Source: Octopus vulgaris
Taxonomy: Eukaryota
Assembly: GCA_951406725.2 (NCBI GenBank)
Contig: OX597823.1
Coordinates: forward strand, 59,954,001 to 60,018,000
Length of the DNA: 64,000 nt
Direction of reading: 5' to 3'
Shown: positions 25,881 through 40,207 of the stretch, piece by piece
How positions within the stretch are numbered: the stretch's first letter is position 1
How the letters are laid out: each line of letters begins with the position of its first letter
Notes under the pieces: generated by a model
The model's input: only the letters and a program-made list of their open reading frames with translations
The model's database searches: none
What the model was told of the DNA's origin: nothing
Translations under genes and position numbers: made by a program

Positions 25881-26744
25881 CAACACTACTGTCATCATCA
25901 CTATCCCCTTCTTTGTTGTTGTCTTTAAGCCTCATCACCATCCGAAACCTTTACCAGCACAACCACCACTGCAAACACCACGACCACCACCGCTGCTATC
26001 ATTGTTGTCATTATTGTCATTGACATCATCTCAATTCCCATCACCACTATCCTCGTGCATGTTGGTGGCATTGTCATCATCATTCTCGTCATCGCCACCA
26101 ACTACCACAAACACAATTACTACCACCACCACCACCACCACAATCACAATCACCTTCACCATCCTCATCATCTTCGTCGTTGTCGTCACTGTAATAACCT
26201 CTCTTTGAAAGCAAAATAAATATATAAATATATATATAAATAAATAGGCAGAGAAATAAAACCAAGTAAACAGAATGCTTTCATCACCACATGATATTTT
26301 GCAGAAAAAAGATTATATATTCGTAATGAAGATATATAACAGTTATCATGCTAATAAATTCCACTCTACCTACACTTTCTGAAAACCATTGCTCATTCAT
26401 ACAATCGCACCATATTATCTGCAACTATATAATTTGATATGATTTCAGTGTTATATATATATATTACATGCACCAAAGTAAACTTTAGTGCATGTAATAT
26501 ATATGAACTCTTGTATTGTATAGGAAAATAATATGATGTCATAGGGAATCTGTTATTGAAATAAATACTTTCAGTTGTTGTGCTACCATCTTTTGGCCGT
26601 AGAATACATAAGAATACATATGGTTTAAAACCGAAATAAATGGGAATCATTTGAATGGCAATATATAAATACATATGCACACACACACACACACACACAT
26701 AAATATACATACACACATATATATATATATATATAGAAATATAC

Positions 26745-26775
<31 letters not shown>

Positions 26776-28819
26776 GAAATATACATATATATATATATAT
26801 ATATAATACTCACATTTACAAATATATTCTTATATACAACTATATGTATAAATAAAGTGAGTGTGTGTGTGTGCATATATATATATACACACATATATAT
26901 ATATGTATATATGTATGTATATGTATATATGTATGTATGTATATTTACATACATATACATGCATATATTACATGACATACATACATATGTAGGCCTATAC
27001 ATACACACATCAATAATTTTACACTATATATATAATGTAATACACACTTTTGTCTTCCTACCACTACTACCCTCACCAATGCCAGATCACCACCTCCTCC
27101 TCTTCCTCCTCCTCCTCCTCCTCGTCATCATTCCCCCCTGCAAAAAAAAAAATGTCTTATTCTATACAATAATTGACAATAATGCTGGTAACTCATTTCT
27201 GTAGATAGAAATTTCACGACGACGACGACAACAACGACGATACAGAAGAGAAAATTCCTCTATTGTGTCTAGAATATGGAACTAGACATTTATTTACTTA
27301 TTTATCTGTTTATTTATTTAATTATATATTTACTTACTATTATTGTTGTTGTTGTTAGCGTTGTTATCATGATATTTATGGTATACATATTTTTGAACTA
27401 TTAATATGCTATATAACTGCATTGTACGCTGCACATTTGCAATTGTATTGGAAGAGTATAGAGACATAGGTTATAAAAGAGTGCTATATGAATATAATCG
27501 TGTGTAATACAGAAACATGCTGATAAAAGTAACCATCAATTACACAGATTCTGTCTTCTTTCTCTCTTTATCACTCCCTCTCTTTCTGTTACTCTCTCTC
27601 TCTCTTTTTAACTCTCACTCTTTTTCTCTTCTCTTCTCTTTCTACTCTGATATTTGGATTTATTCAGCTCTGCTCTGTTTTGATATCAGTTTTATCATAT
27701 TATACGTATTTTATGTTATGTTTTTATAGAGTTTATGATTAAATATTTATATATGTATGTCTGCTTATATATAGAGACATATGTATACACATACACATAT
27801 ATATATACACACATAAACACACAGAACACACACACTCACACACACGTACATACATATCTAGGCATTTATATACATGTTCATATGTATACACATATGCATA
27901 TATGTATGAATGTATACATGCATGAATTTATATTTACAAGATGTAAAACTATATACATGTACATATATATATATATATACAATGTACATTGTGCATGTGT
28001 ATGCATGTATATATATATATATATATACTCACTCATATACATAAATATATACATATACACATATATTTTTATATATGTATATATATGTATATGTACTTAT
28101 ATATATATACACATATATACATGGTCACATGAATATAATAAATGTCTTTGAATATGAGCTTTAGTTATTTACATGTGCCCTATTACAAATATACCATAAT
28201 ATAACTGCCAACTTATTCAGTTTTTTTTTCTCATATTACTCTGTAGGTGGAAAAATATGGATTTTGATGGCATATAGCTATACAAACATGCACGCACATA
28301 TACACATGTATTGTGCATAAAAGCATACATATATAGATGTACACATGCACATATATGGATGTGTGTGTGTGTATGTATACATGTATGTAGGTACGTATGT
28401 GTATGCTGCTCTGCTGTCAAGCTAAATAAAATAGAAGAGAACATAAATAATTTTAAAGAGAGTCAATTGTGAATGAGGAACAGATGAACTTGTGATAGCA
28501 CAAAGAAGAAAATGAAGAAGATGAAGAAGCAGTACAAGAACAAGAAGAAGAACAATAACAACAATAGTTACTTTATTTGCCACAAGGGCAACTAATATCA
28601 GAATAATTGAAGGACAAATTACACAAAAAGAAGTAAGTTAAATAGCATAATATTAGGACATTGCATTAGAACTGAGTATAAGAAAAGAGGCTCTAAAAAT
28701 ATAAAAGTATATAAGGATATGTAATGAAATGTCCCAATGTGGGATCGGCCACAGTTCTGGTGAAAATAATAATAGTAATAATAATAATAATGATAATAAT
28801 AATGATAATAATAATAATA

Positions 28820-29194
28820 ATCCTTTCTACAATAGGCACAAGGCCTGAAATTTGTGAGGAGGGGGTAAGTCGATCATATCAGTGCCAGTAGTTGCCTGGT
28901 ACTTAATTTATCGATCCCCCAAAATGATGAAAGACAAAGTCGACCTTGGCAGCATTTGAACTTAGGACATAACGACAGGTGAAATACTGCTTAGCATTTC
29001 ATCTGGTGTGCTAGCAATTCTACTAGCTCACTGCCTTGATAATGATGATGATGATGATGATGATAGTGATGATGATGATGATGTTTTGCAAGGTGCTTGA
29101 AGCATGACCAGTAAACAAGTGTCATCTTAGTCTGCTGGCTATGGACAGCTGACATTTTCCATCATACCCAGCAAAATAAGCTGAGAGTTTTCAT

Positions 29195-29249
<55 letters not shown>

Positions 29250-30242
29250 CCCTTTCTACAATGGGAACAAGGCCTGAAATTTTGGGGAAGATGACTTGTG
29301 AATAACATCGACCCCAGTACTCAACTGGTACTTATTTCATCATCTCTGAAAGAATGAAAGGCGAAGTTGATATTAGAGTTCGAATGATTACAAAATCATG
29401 ATTTCAATTCTTGGAATAAGGCCAGCAATTGTGGGGAAGAGGGTAAGTTGATTACATTGACCCCAGTGCTTGACTGGTAGTTATTTCATTCACCCCAAAA
29501 GGATGAAGGACAAAGACAGTGGTCTGCAGAATTTGAACTTTCTTGGAGGAGGGAATTTTCATTTATCAACCCAAGTACTCAAATCGGACTTATTTCATCA
29601 ACTCTGAAGGAATGTAAGGCAATGTTGACCTTCATAGAACTTAAACTAAGGGCAGACAAAATAATGGTTTCTAATTTTGGTGCAAGGTCAGCAATTTTAG
29701 GAGAGGAGCAAGTAGATTACATCAACCCCAGTGCGTAACTGGCACTTATTTTATCAACCCGCAAAAATGTAAAAGGCAATGTTGACCTCAGCAGAATTTG
29801 AACTGAGAACTTAAAGAGCTGCAAGAATGCTACTAAGAATTTTACCTGACACAGTAGCAATTCTGTCAGGTCACTGCCTCAATGGTAATCCTTTCTACTA
29901 ATGGCACAAAGCCTGGAATTTTTATGGGTAAGGGACTACTCAATCACATTAAACCCCAGTGTGCAGCTGGTACTTATTTTATCAACCCTTGAAGGATGAA
30001 AATCAATACTGACATCAGTGGAATTTGGATTCAGAACCTAAAGGCACAATTTAATCCTTTCTATAATAGGAACAAGGTTTGTAATTTGTGGGGTGGGACT
30101 AATCAATTACATTGACCCCAGCATTCAACCCTGAAAGGATAAAAGGTAAAGTTGACCTTTGAACTCAGAACATAAAGTCAGAAGAATTGCTGCTTAGCAA
30201 CCTGCCTGGCATGCTAATAATTATGCCAGCTCATTGCCTTGG
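28820..30242 (-). mobile_element. Head-to-tail array of about seven Meta-like SINE copies/fragments
   Basis: Units begin near 28821, 29251, 29401, 29540, 29667, 29889 and 30055, most with caaggcc..gaccccag..tggtacttatt..aaggatgaaag..gttgacc. Confidence 0.8.
29085..29245 (+). mobile_element. Short R4/Dong-like 3' end with (TAA)n tail
   Basis: aaggtgcttgaagcatga (KVLEA*) is a typical ORF end, followed by a short UTR and (TAA)n. Confidence 0.45.
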
Positions 30243-30459
30243 TAATAACAATGTAATAATGTTGATGACGACGACGATGATAACACTGTTGTCATCAATG
30301 ATGGTGATGATGATAATGATGATGATGACAAGCAAAGTAAAATTTTTATGTTGAAATTTAATTTATTATAACACCATGAAAACTGAAGTAAGATACTGAT
30401 CACATACACTTGACTCTCTAGTGCTCTTGCAAAGAAAGCGACATTATCATCTGCATACA

Positions 30460-30512
<53 letters not shown>

Positions 30513-30922
30513 CCAAACTTAATACCATCGAAGTATGATGTATTTATTGACTAAGCTATTGTTACAGTGGTGTTTAGTAATTTTTAACTTTGGTACATCT
30601 CACATGATTCTGCATGGTTTGAACTCAAAGATTTAAGATAACGAACAGAATACCATGAGGCAAGTCATTTCACCTAATGCTTTGCCAATTCCACCAATCC
30701 AGTCTTAGATGTGTTTGTGTGCATGTGCACGTGTGGCACATGTGTTCGTGTGTGCAAGTGTTCGTGTGTGCGTGTGTGTGTGAGCATACACAAGTGAGTG
30801 TCTGTATACATCATATATCTGTATATATATATGTGTGTGTGTGTGTGTGTAAGATATATTAATATATATACATACATATATACATATATACATATATATA
30901 TATACATACATACATACATACA

Positions 30923-30955
<33 letters not shown>

Positions 30956-31699
30956 CATATTGAATTCAGGTTCCTCCATCTACAGAGTACGTTGATCATT
31001 ATCGAGATGAGTGTGCTCAACATTTATCATAATGGAAATTGGAACATGCTTTTATAAAATAAATGTCATGTTCTGAGATTGCCTCTGGTTCCAACATATG
31101 AAATCTTCCATTCTAAACTGTACATATCTAAATTAAAACAATTTATCATAATTTTATGTAAGAACCATTTGTTAAACTGTGTACCAAACGTTAACTTAAT
31201 AACGTCAGCTATTTTATTAGATTCCTTCAAATTCTTTATTATTTTAGAAAATTAATTGAGACATACCGATTGTATATTGCATTAGAGATATGGTCACAGA
31301 AATGTTTAGAACTGGTAGCATACTTAAGATTTCCACTTCGTAAAGCACATGGTTTCTGGTTCAATCTTAGTGCTTAGTACTTTGGTAAAGTATCTCCTGT
31401 TATTGTAGCTTCAGGCTGATCAATGACTTGAGAGTGAAAATGGTAGAGAGAAACTGTACAGGAACCAATCATGTGTATGTATGTTGTCTTCTGATTTTAA
31501 TAATTTAAATTCTTCCTCTGAGGAAGGAGGTGATGTCTAACAAAGCTACAAAGCTCCATCATTCCAATGTAGGTAGCAAAAACAATGTTACATTTTAAAC
31601 TTGAGGTAAACTTTATAGGTGCAGGAGTGGCTGTGTGGTAAGTAGCTTGCTTACTAATCACATGGCTCTGGGTTCAGTCCCGCTGCATGTCTCTATTAC

Positions 31700-33056
31700 T
31701 ATTTTTTGCAAGTCTTTGAGAAACATACCTATGCTTGGTCTTGTTTTTTATATGCTAAGCATTTCACATCCGAGTTTTCTTTGGGGTGTGTTAATCTAGC
31801 TGTTTTGGGGTTGCATGGGAGTTCATCAGGAAGAGAGAGCTTTCTGAGAAGCTCACCACCAACAAACAGGATATCGTTAACTTCAGTTAACAGCAGTAAA
31901 TTAATGTATTCATTTTTGCTGCTGGTTGAGAGAGACTATATGGCATTAAAAGGCTGCTTGCACTTATCTCTAGCTTGTACCTCCTTTATCTTTCTTAGGT
32001 AGAGCCTGACGATATCATTATTTTTGTAGAGGTTTCCAGTCGATGTTAGTATCATGTGGATTTTAACATCTCTGGTGTGGATTTCTCCCACAGACCAGTC
32101 AAGAATCCCAAATTTTGGCCTCAGCACTGGTACTGCCATATTTTTCTAATTTTGACATAATATTCTTGGGTCACCCTATCTGTATTCACAGTTCTTTCAC
32201 ATGATATGTTTTCATCAATTTTTGGTACTTATAGAATTTTTTTGTGTGGGACAGGAGAGATAGTGAGCCCATTGATGCACAGGTTTTGGGTCTAGGAGAC
32301 TAGTTATCTGCATTCAACAATCAAATATGTATGTTTCTTTTGACCAAATTCCATCCCTATATCTGTTGAAAATATTATTAATCCCAGTTAGGGTTTTTCC
32401 CTATTTTGGCGTTGTTAACATTTTTAGATTAAACCTTAAAGGTCATCCACAAAGAAATTATGGTTTACATTGATATCTCTAGCAGTTGCAGACCCTAACA
32501 TGTAACCATTTGACTTTTGTAGCAGGAATGACAATGGATTTAATGCCAAAATGAACAGAATGACAGAAAGACTATCTCCTTGGAATATTTCCTTTGCAAT
32601 ATTTATGACTTTGGAAACGATCGTCCCACTCTCAGTTTTGAGTGTTAGAATTGTTATCTGAGTCATTGTGAGCCTCTCAATGGCAGTAATTAAGGTAACA
32701 GGCACTTTTGCCAAATGTAGACATATCAGCAGCCATGAGTGGGAAACAGAATCAAAAGCCTTACTATAATCAGGCCCTACTGTTGACATAGACGTTGATA
32801 CACGAGCATACTTCATGGCTGGTACACTAATTATTGTGATTCCAACAGTTCTATGACAAATTTTCACTTCAGACAGTACAGCTTTGTTTATCAAAAGTTG
32901 TTCAACACATACACACACTATCGACTTTATAACGGCTTACTGATCATCACTGTGTTGCTTGACTCACAATGATCATGGAGGAATTGGCTGAGGCAGCTTG
33001 TGTACAGTTTGTACATAATGTTTTGGCAAGCAAAGGGCCAACAATTACCTGCCAAC
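31700..33056 (-). mobile_element. R4/Dong-type reverse transcriptase, decayed
   Basis: NCWPFACQNIMYKLYTSCL, EQLLINKAVL, DYSKAFDSVSHSW, IFQGDSLS..LFILALNPLS, NHNFFVDDL, AVPVLRPKFGILDWS. Confidence 0.88.
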
Positions 33057-33185
33057 TTAGTGGTTTCATTCTTGGATACAAGATCGACTAGACTGCTAAA
33101 TTGCAGGAATGTAAACAAACCATCACCAGTTGCCAAATGGTAGTAGGGGGAAATACAAAGACAAATGCACGTACACACACACACA

Positions 33186-34091
33186 TACAAAATGCATTAA
33201 AAAAGTATCCGACTTCATTTTTTCCCACCCAAATTTATGCAGCCTGGGCAAAATCCTTTGGATGGGAGGTGACGCTACCCTTCCTGCAATTGCTTGAAAA
33301 TTTTCACGCCAGTAAGCCAAGTCAGTTCTGACTGTTACTCCTGGAGTATAGACATGTAGAGTGAGCTCATTGGATTTTCGTTTGCCTGCAAGATGACTGA
33401 GTACATTCTTCAGAGACTATAAACCCAGTCCTATCACAAGCAATGATGGTTTTCATGAAGTCTGAGTCGTGATTTGCACAGTCTACCATGTCCTGCACAA
33501 TTTCCATACAGATTTGCTTCTGCTGCTCTGCCAGCACCTTGGAGACGAATTTCACCAACACTTTCTGCTTGCTCAAATTCTCTGTTAAAATGGATTGCAT
33601 TGGTTATCTGCTTATTCCCACTTTGTGAGCCATTTCATGGATTTTTACATGACGGTTTTCTATGATTATTTGCAGAACTGTCTTTATTGGCTTCTTATTT
33701 CGACTTGTGAATTGCCCACCTCACTCTCCACTGAGATGCAGTCATGTTTGGAGCCGTCGTACTCCTCCTTGATCTGAGTTCTGCATATGACATCATTTCC
33801 AAAGGCCTGCTGAAGGATGGTAACAGCCCAAGTATCACCGAGTTTTTTGACAAATACCGATGTAAATCTCTGCTTGATATGTTCAGTAAAAACGAAAATC
33901 TGACCAGTGCAATCTGTATGTCTGTACTCTATGCATAACAGCCAGAGATTTTCCCAGCCTACCAGCACAAAATTATTCATGCATGCTCTGGAACGGTGGC
34001 ATCACCACCCACCCAATGGGCGTAACCCACATGACATTAGTTTTGGCAAGAAAAATATGAAGTCAGACACTATTTTAATGCACTTCACATA
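33186..34091 (-). mobile_element. Non-autonomous mariner derivative with N-terminal transposase remnant
   Basis: TIRs tgcattaaaaaagtatccgacttcat / atgaagtcagacactattttaatgca. ORFs EHIKQR..KLG..LQQAFG and KFVSKVLAEQQKQ..DFMKTIIACD. Confidence 0.8.
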
Positions 34092-34405
34092 TATATATAT
34101 ATATACATGTATATGAGGGATTCTCTTGTCATGAATGACAAATGAGGGGTTAATAAAATAAAGTGGGAAGCATGTTATATGAACATGAACATGTCTTTTG
34201 AGGTCTGCTGGTGCCTTGCAAAAACAAAATTTGGCAAATGGAACAAGGTGACGACTCAGTTTGCCTGAGTGCATATGGATCATTTACTCTGTGTTTTCTT
34301 AAGTGGGCAGCAAGGTCTACTTTGCTTCCTGTCACAAAACCACAATGACAGGTAAGGTTTCCATTCAGAGGAGCAGTGTATATATATATATATATATATA
34401 CATAC

Positions 34406-34534
<129 letters not shown>

Positions 34535-34671
34535 CATACATATATATGCATATATATATATAGATACATACATATAAATAAATATACATGCATATACATA
34601 TATATATATATACACACACACACATATATATATATGTATGTATGTATGTATGTATCATGTATGTATATATA

Positions 34672-34844
34672 TAGTTGGAATTTACAAAAAGCAAACAAAA
34701 CAACGAACAGATGTATTAGTTTAACACTCAGGAAGTGAGAAAGTCTTTTATGTTACAAACCTATGCATTTCAATAGAAAGGAACACAGAAATAAACAGAG
34801 AAAGAAAATAAAAAATGGTTTAGTGGCTGGGGATCAATGATACC

Positions 34845-34845
<1 letters not shown>
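34672..34845 (-). mobile_element. (TA)n-embedded PLE-terminal-type cassette
   Basis: Reverse complement of the family at 44488-44625 (agccactaa..ttcctttct..aaaagactttctcac..tgtaaattccaact). Confidence 0.6.
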
Positions 34846-34896
<51 letters not shown>

Positions 34897-34984
34897 TTAT
34901 TTATATGCATATATATATATATATATAGATAGATACATACATACATATATATATATGCATGTATATATATATATATAGATAGAT

Positions 34985-35017
<33 letters not shown>

Positions 35018-35792
35018 CATATTTATATATATATATACATAAATACAAACACACACACGTGTGTGTGTTTGTATTATGTATATATATACACATGCAATGG
35101 GTTTCCAAAACTCTTGCCCACCAAATTACTCACAAGGCACATGACACAAGACATATTGGGACTGAACCCAAAACCACATAGTTACAAAGAAAGTTTCTCA
35201 ACCACACAACCATACCATATATACAAATAACAAAACAAGAAAAATGATATTGCAACAAAGATTTATTGAAAATCCATATAAAAATTTAGCAATTATTGAC
35301 CAAGCTGTTTAAATAATGCCATATCATAAAATTCAAAATTCACCTTTAAATATGGGTCACTCCTTGGATATGCGAATAATTACAATAAGAGAAAAACTTT
35401 AATTTTTCTCATCTAATATCCAGTTTCAATGTATTTCATATATTTTTGTGTGTTTGTGTTTAATTTTTTTTAATTCCTTTTGTATTAGCATCATATGTAT
35501 TACATTTCATGACATATTCAGCTATATGAAAACAATGTAGTTATGATTCAAAAATTTATAGGTAACAAGGCTTGCCACTGAAACTGAAATCATTAAATTA
35601 AATTGTAACTACAAATATCAAAAACCACCCTCATTACCACAATGATTAATTTAAAATTTTTCAAATAAAGTCCATTGTGAAATTTTTCAAATAATTATCT
35701 GTGTCTATATAATCTGTCTCTATATGTATAATACACATGTATATATGTATATATGTACATATATATATATATCATATGTATATATATGTATA

Positions 35793-35918
<126 letters not shown>

Positions 35919-36211
35919 TATATATATAAGACACCCATATATATATATATATAAATATACATAAACATATAATATATGAATATGTATGTATATATATAAA
36001 TATATACATGCATATATATGTGTATATATATATACAGAGAGAGAGAAAGATATGCTTAAATATGTATGTATGTAGCGTGTTTAATTTTCTAGAATAACTT
36101 TTGATAATTATCAACTGTTTAACTGTTTACTTTCACTAATTATTTACTATTTACTATTGTTTACATGAGTGTCTTCTCTGTTGGATGAACATACATAAAT
36201 ATATATATGTG

Positions 36212-36246
<35 letters not shown>

Positions 36247-36711
36247 GTTTATATATGTATATGTATCTATCTATCTATATAGACAGACAGACAAATAGAT
36301 AGATAGATATAGATTATATATACAAATAATATTCATATATATATATATAGAGAGAGAGAGATACATATATGTAATATATATATGTATACATGCACACTCT
36401 ATATGTGTGTGTGTATGTGTGTGTGTGTCTGAGTTTGTATTTATTTGTGAATATATGTACATATGTATGTATGCTTCCATTGTTTTTATAATATTCACTA
36501 TTTCCTCAAAAATACTTTAGCATGATTTGCAAAACTAAGGCATACCTTTTTTTTTGTTTTGATTTTTTTTCCCCCTCTATTTTGTTCAATTTCCTTTTTT
36601 TTATTGTTTTATCGAACTGTTTAATTAATTTCATGCAAGATTAACACCTCTGCATGAAACAATTGGGATTGTTTACCTCCTAATTCCCTATAATATAATA
36701 TGTATGCTGTT

Positions 36712-36780
<69 letters not shown>

Positions 36781-37361
36781 ATCTGTGTCTGTGACTGTGT
36801 TTGCATTTGTATGTGCGACTGTGAGTCTGTGTGCGTGTTTTACAAAAATATTAATTATTTGAATCTAAATTTCTTTACTTTCCATGTGGCAAAAGCAAAC
36901 AAACACACAAACCAACAAACAAATATTAATATCCCATTAAGGTAATATTAATATGCGTGATGAATGATGTCCTAATAAGCTACATTTTGTTTTTGTTTTT
37001 GTTTTCCTTGTTGTGTTTACAGTGAGGAAATGGACGAATATATAATGTATCACCAGTGTTTAGTTTCCAAGTTGCTTTTGTTTAATGTTTGATATCTGTT
37101 GCAATGTTAATAATCTGTTGGAAGAGTATTATCATAGTATTTTGATTAAACTAAATGCTATGTTGTTCATATTTTATATAACAATTCAAACACATACACA
37201 CATGTTGAAATAATTTGTATCTGCGTATGCATGTGTATGTTTATTTTCATACACACACACACACATATATATAAACATATATACATATATTTCTACACAC
37301 ACACACACATGTATATATATATATTTGTATATATACACACATACATGCATACATACATACA

Positions 37362-37397
<36 letters not shown>

Positions 37398-37409
37398 TAT
37401 ATGTGTGTG

Positions 37410-37680
37410 TGTTAAATAGAATGAGACAACAAATCCAAGGCAATGCGAAATTTCTAGGATATTTATAAAGAGAAAGATACCCTTGCAGGTGTTTTAGGGA
37501 TATAAAAGATATCCCATCATCAGAGACGATATGAGGGACTTAAATTGAAGGAAATAGTAGAGTTCAATATAAGAAGTTATTTTGGAAAGGGACAGATATA
37601 GGAAGTATAAAGGGAAATATGAAAATAAAAATATATGTTGGATGTTACAGTTGTAGATTCATTACCCAAGGAATATATTT
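37410..37680 (-). mobile_element. Microsatellite-embedded cassette with degenerate hammerhead fold
   Basis: Minus 37480-37528: ctgatga-t-gggatat..atatccc-taaaacacctgca. Confidence 0.45.
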
Positions 37681-37729
37681 ATATATATGTGTGTGTATGT
37701 TTGGGTGTATATATATATATATATATATG

Positions 37730-38280
37730 GCTTGGAGAACATTATCCAAGATTTGCTTAACAACGAAATGTGTGTCTTGCAAAGCCGAGGAGGCTCCAAA
37801 TTCTTCAAGTGTATAACAGGACAACCAAGTTTAAGGCTAAGTTTATTCTATGGCAATCCCGATGGTTCTTGTGAGTTTAAAATTTCTGTTGGGGAAAATG
37901 TTACTTGTGTGAATCAAATGAAGCATAATATCGCATTTGGTTAGGAAGTTGACGAAACAGACATATGTTTAGGGCTTGGACGGTGGCATTTGTTGGAGCT
38001 AAGATGGCTCTTTGACACATCCATTCATGACTGACGTAATTAGTAGAGGGGTTGGGGGTAAACTGTTGTGCATAGCTCCTTAGGGCTGGAGACGTAGTTA
38101 CCAATGATACTTATGTCAGCCAAACCGTTTACATCGATTGGTAAGCTCTCATTGCCGACATCCAATAACTTTGAAGCAAAGGAATTGTCATCGTCTTGTT
38201 GGTGGAGAATAGAACGCAAGTTTATGGTTAACATTCTCGACTGGAAAGAGCGCCAAAGATGAGAATTTAGTAAAGCATAT
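37730..38280 (-). mobile_element. Helitron PIF1-like helicase fragment
   Basis: SHLWRSF..LTINLR..FASKLLDVGN, QRAILAPTNATV, FPTEILNSQEPSGLP*NKLSLKLGCPVI..NLEPPRLC. Confidence 0.85.
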
Positions 38281-38339
38281 ACAACCATCACTAACACTGA
38301 TAGTACTATTACAATGAATAAAGAGAAATCAGTGTTTTT

Positions 38340-39050
38340 TCATGATAAGTATTGGGTGATAAAGAATGGAAATGAGCTATTTAATGGAGCAGAGGTAGCA
38401 GACATGGTTGGCCTCTACATCCTACATATCCTTGACAATGAAAGGATGAAATTATAGAGTTATAAAGGGACGACGGTCTAGGAGCAGTACATAATATAAA
38501 TGGTTTTGATATGAATAAGATAAGAAAGAAATAAGGTAAAGTATTTTGTCAACTCAACTTAAAAGTTACAATTAGCTCTAACGTTAAAGAAGTTAATTTG
38601 CTAGATATTAATATGCATCTTTGTACAAGCAAATTAAAACATTTTCATAAACTAAAGAAAGACACCTCCAGCATTGTCAGAGGCTTTAAATATCCATCAA
38701 TAATCAAACAATTAGTTAACAGTATTAGTAGATGTATCTACAATCTATCCTCTGAGGAACAGCTTTCAAAAGGCAGCCCCATATTACAACACTGCATTAG
38801 AAACTTCCAATTTTAAGAATAGTGTTACCTATATTGAATTAAATGTAGAAGACGTGGACATAGGAAAATATTATAATCCACCATGCAGCATGTATGTAGC
38901 TACAAATATAGCTAGACATGTTCTGAAACTCATAACTTCCAGTGCTCACATAAATATTACAAGAACTTTAATAGATCTTTAAATTTAGCAATAATTGCTT
39001 CCCCAACATAGGATCGATGATTTTCAATCACAATAAAAATAACATTTGGA
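38340..39050 (+). mobile_element. Penelope-like (Naiad-type) RT fragment
   Basis: FNGAEVADMVGLYIL, RDDGL, YPSIIKQLVNSISRCIYNLSSEE, YNPPCSMYVATNIARHVLKLI. Confidence 0.8.
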
Positions 39051-39649
39051 ACACCCCTCGTAGATCTTGGAAGTGTAGATCCTTGATAGTTCCTCTGGAT
39101 AATACTATACGAAAATCATGTAATTATGGTTTATGATGCTGATTCATAAAAAATGGTTTATTTCTGCTTATTTCAAGAATAAACCATTTTATTTTAAGAT
39201 CAACCAAAGTAAATTCTATCAGAACCCAAATGTATTTGGACCCGGAGAAATTTTTGGAAAATTTGCTTTATGAATAATTGAAAGAATGAATAAGATGGCA
39301 AAATAGTTTTACCTTTGTTTTACTTTGTGTACAGAGCAAAATTTATTAATGCTATTTTACTCCCTGTACTGCAATTTCCATTTCTGTCCGAGATCTTATT
39401 TGATGGTCGGTGGATTTGATTCATCATGTAGTGCTCAGCAAAAGAAATTGGTATTAGTAACTAGAGGTACACTAACTTCCAAAATGTCGGGCGTGGTATG
39501 TAGGATAAGATACTATAAGCCACCCTCTCTGTGAACTGCAAAGTAGGAGAATATCATATTACTGTGTACTCCCTATTTCTGTCCTAGACCGTCGTCCCTT
39601 TATAACTCTATAATTTCATCTTTTCATTGTTGAGGATATGTAGTACTAG

Positions 39650-40207
39650 TTTTAAGGCTGGTCAGCAGATGGAAAGTTGTTATATGATTTACTTGTCTTT
39701 CTGAAATCAGCTTTGTCATACAAAAACAAATTATCGTAGTGATGAGAACCGCGAATGCCACGGCTTTCCTTTTATGATTCCAACAAGCTGGTAGCATTGA
39801 GATGCCTAGCTACTGTCAATATCTTCTACCTTACAAATATAATAGAACTTGTAAGCAAGTTTTATCCTTGATATTGCTTTGTTTCTTTGATGATGCAGGT
39901 GTCCATATTGTTCGTAGTTACAGAAGTTGTCTGGGTGGTTTACACATGCAAGTCTATTTCAGGCCATTCTGAATTAGAACACAAGATTTGAAAAAGCAAT
40001 TAAGATAAGTCACGTGATATTCTCGCCTCTTCACGTGCAAAGAAATAAGTCTTGTATTAATTTTAATGAAAGCACAAAATAACTAGAATTTAATTTCCCA
40101 AATCTGAACATGATAGAAAACTTCTAAACACAGATTTGAAATCAGCATGCCAAATTATCAACAAACACCATCCTGTTTACCTGTAACAGAACTTTCGTTG
40201 CCTTGTG
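39650..40207 (-). mobile_element. Chapaev3-like (CMC) DNA transposon 5' end
   Basis: Minus strand CVNHPDNFC..IKLAYKFYYICKVEDIDSS*A..AFAV..CFCMT matches the Chapaev3 transposase N-terminus; terminus CACAAGGCAAC beside a TAA target. Confidence 0.7.

Noticed and set aside
25234-25941. 235-aa Asp/Asn-rich ORF (and the His- and Ser-rich ORFs opposite) as a biomineral-type protein
   Set aside because: Entirely explained by an (ATC)n-derived minisatellite; open in several frames, shifts into poly-Met/Thr, no signal peptide.
28820-30242. Regularly spaced repeats as a CRISPR-like array
   Set aside because: Eukaryotic context; units are diverged SINE bodies with no constant repeat/unique spacer structure and no cas genes.
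37730-38280. Host PIF1 helicase gene
   Set aside because: Intronless fragment with a stop and frameshifts among other transposon debris; fits a Helitron relic.
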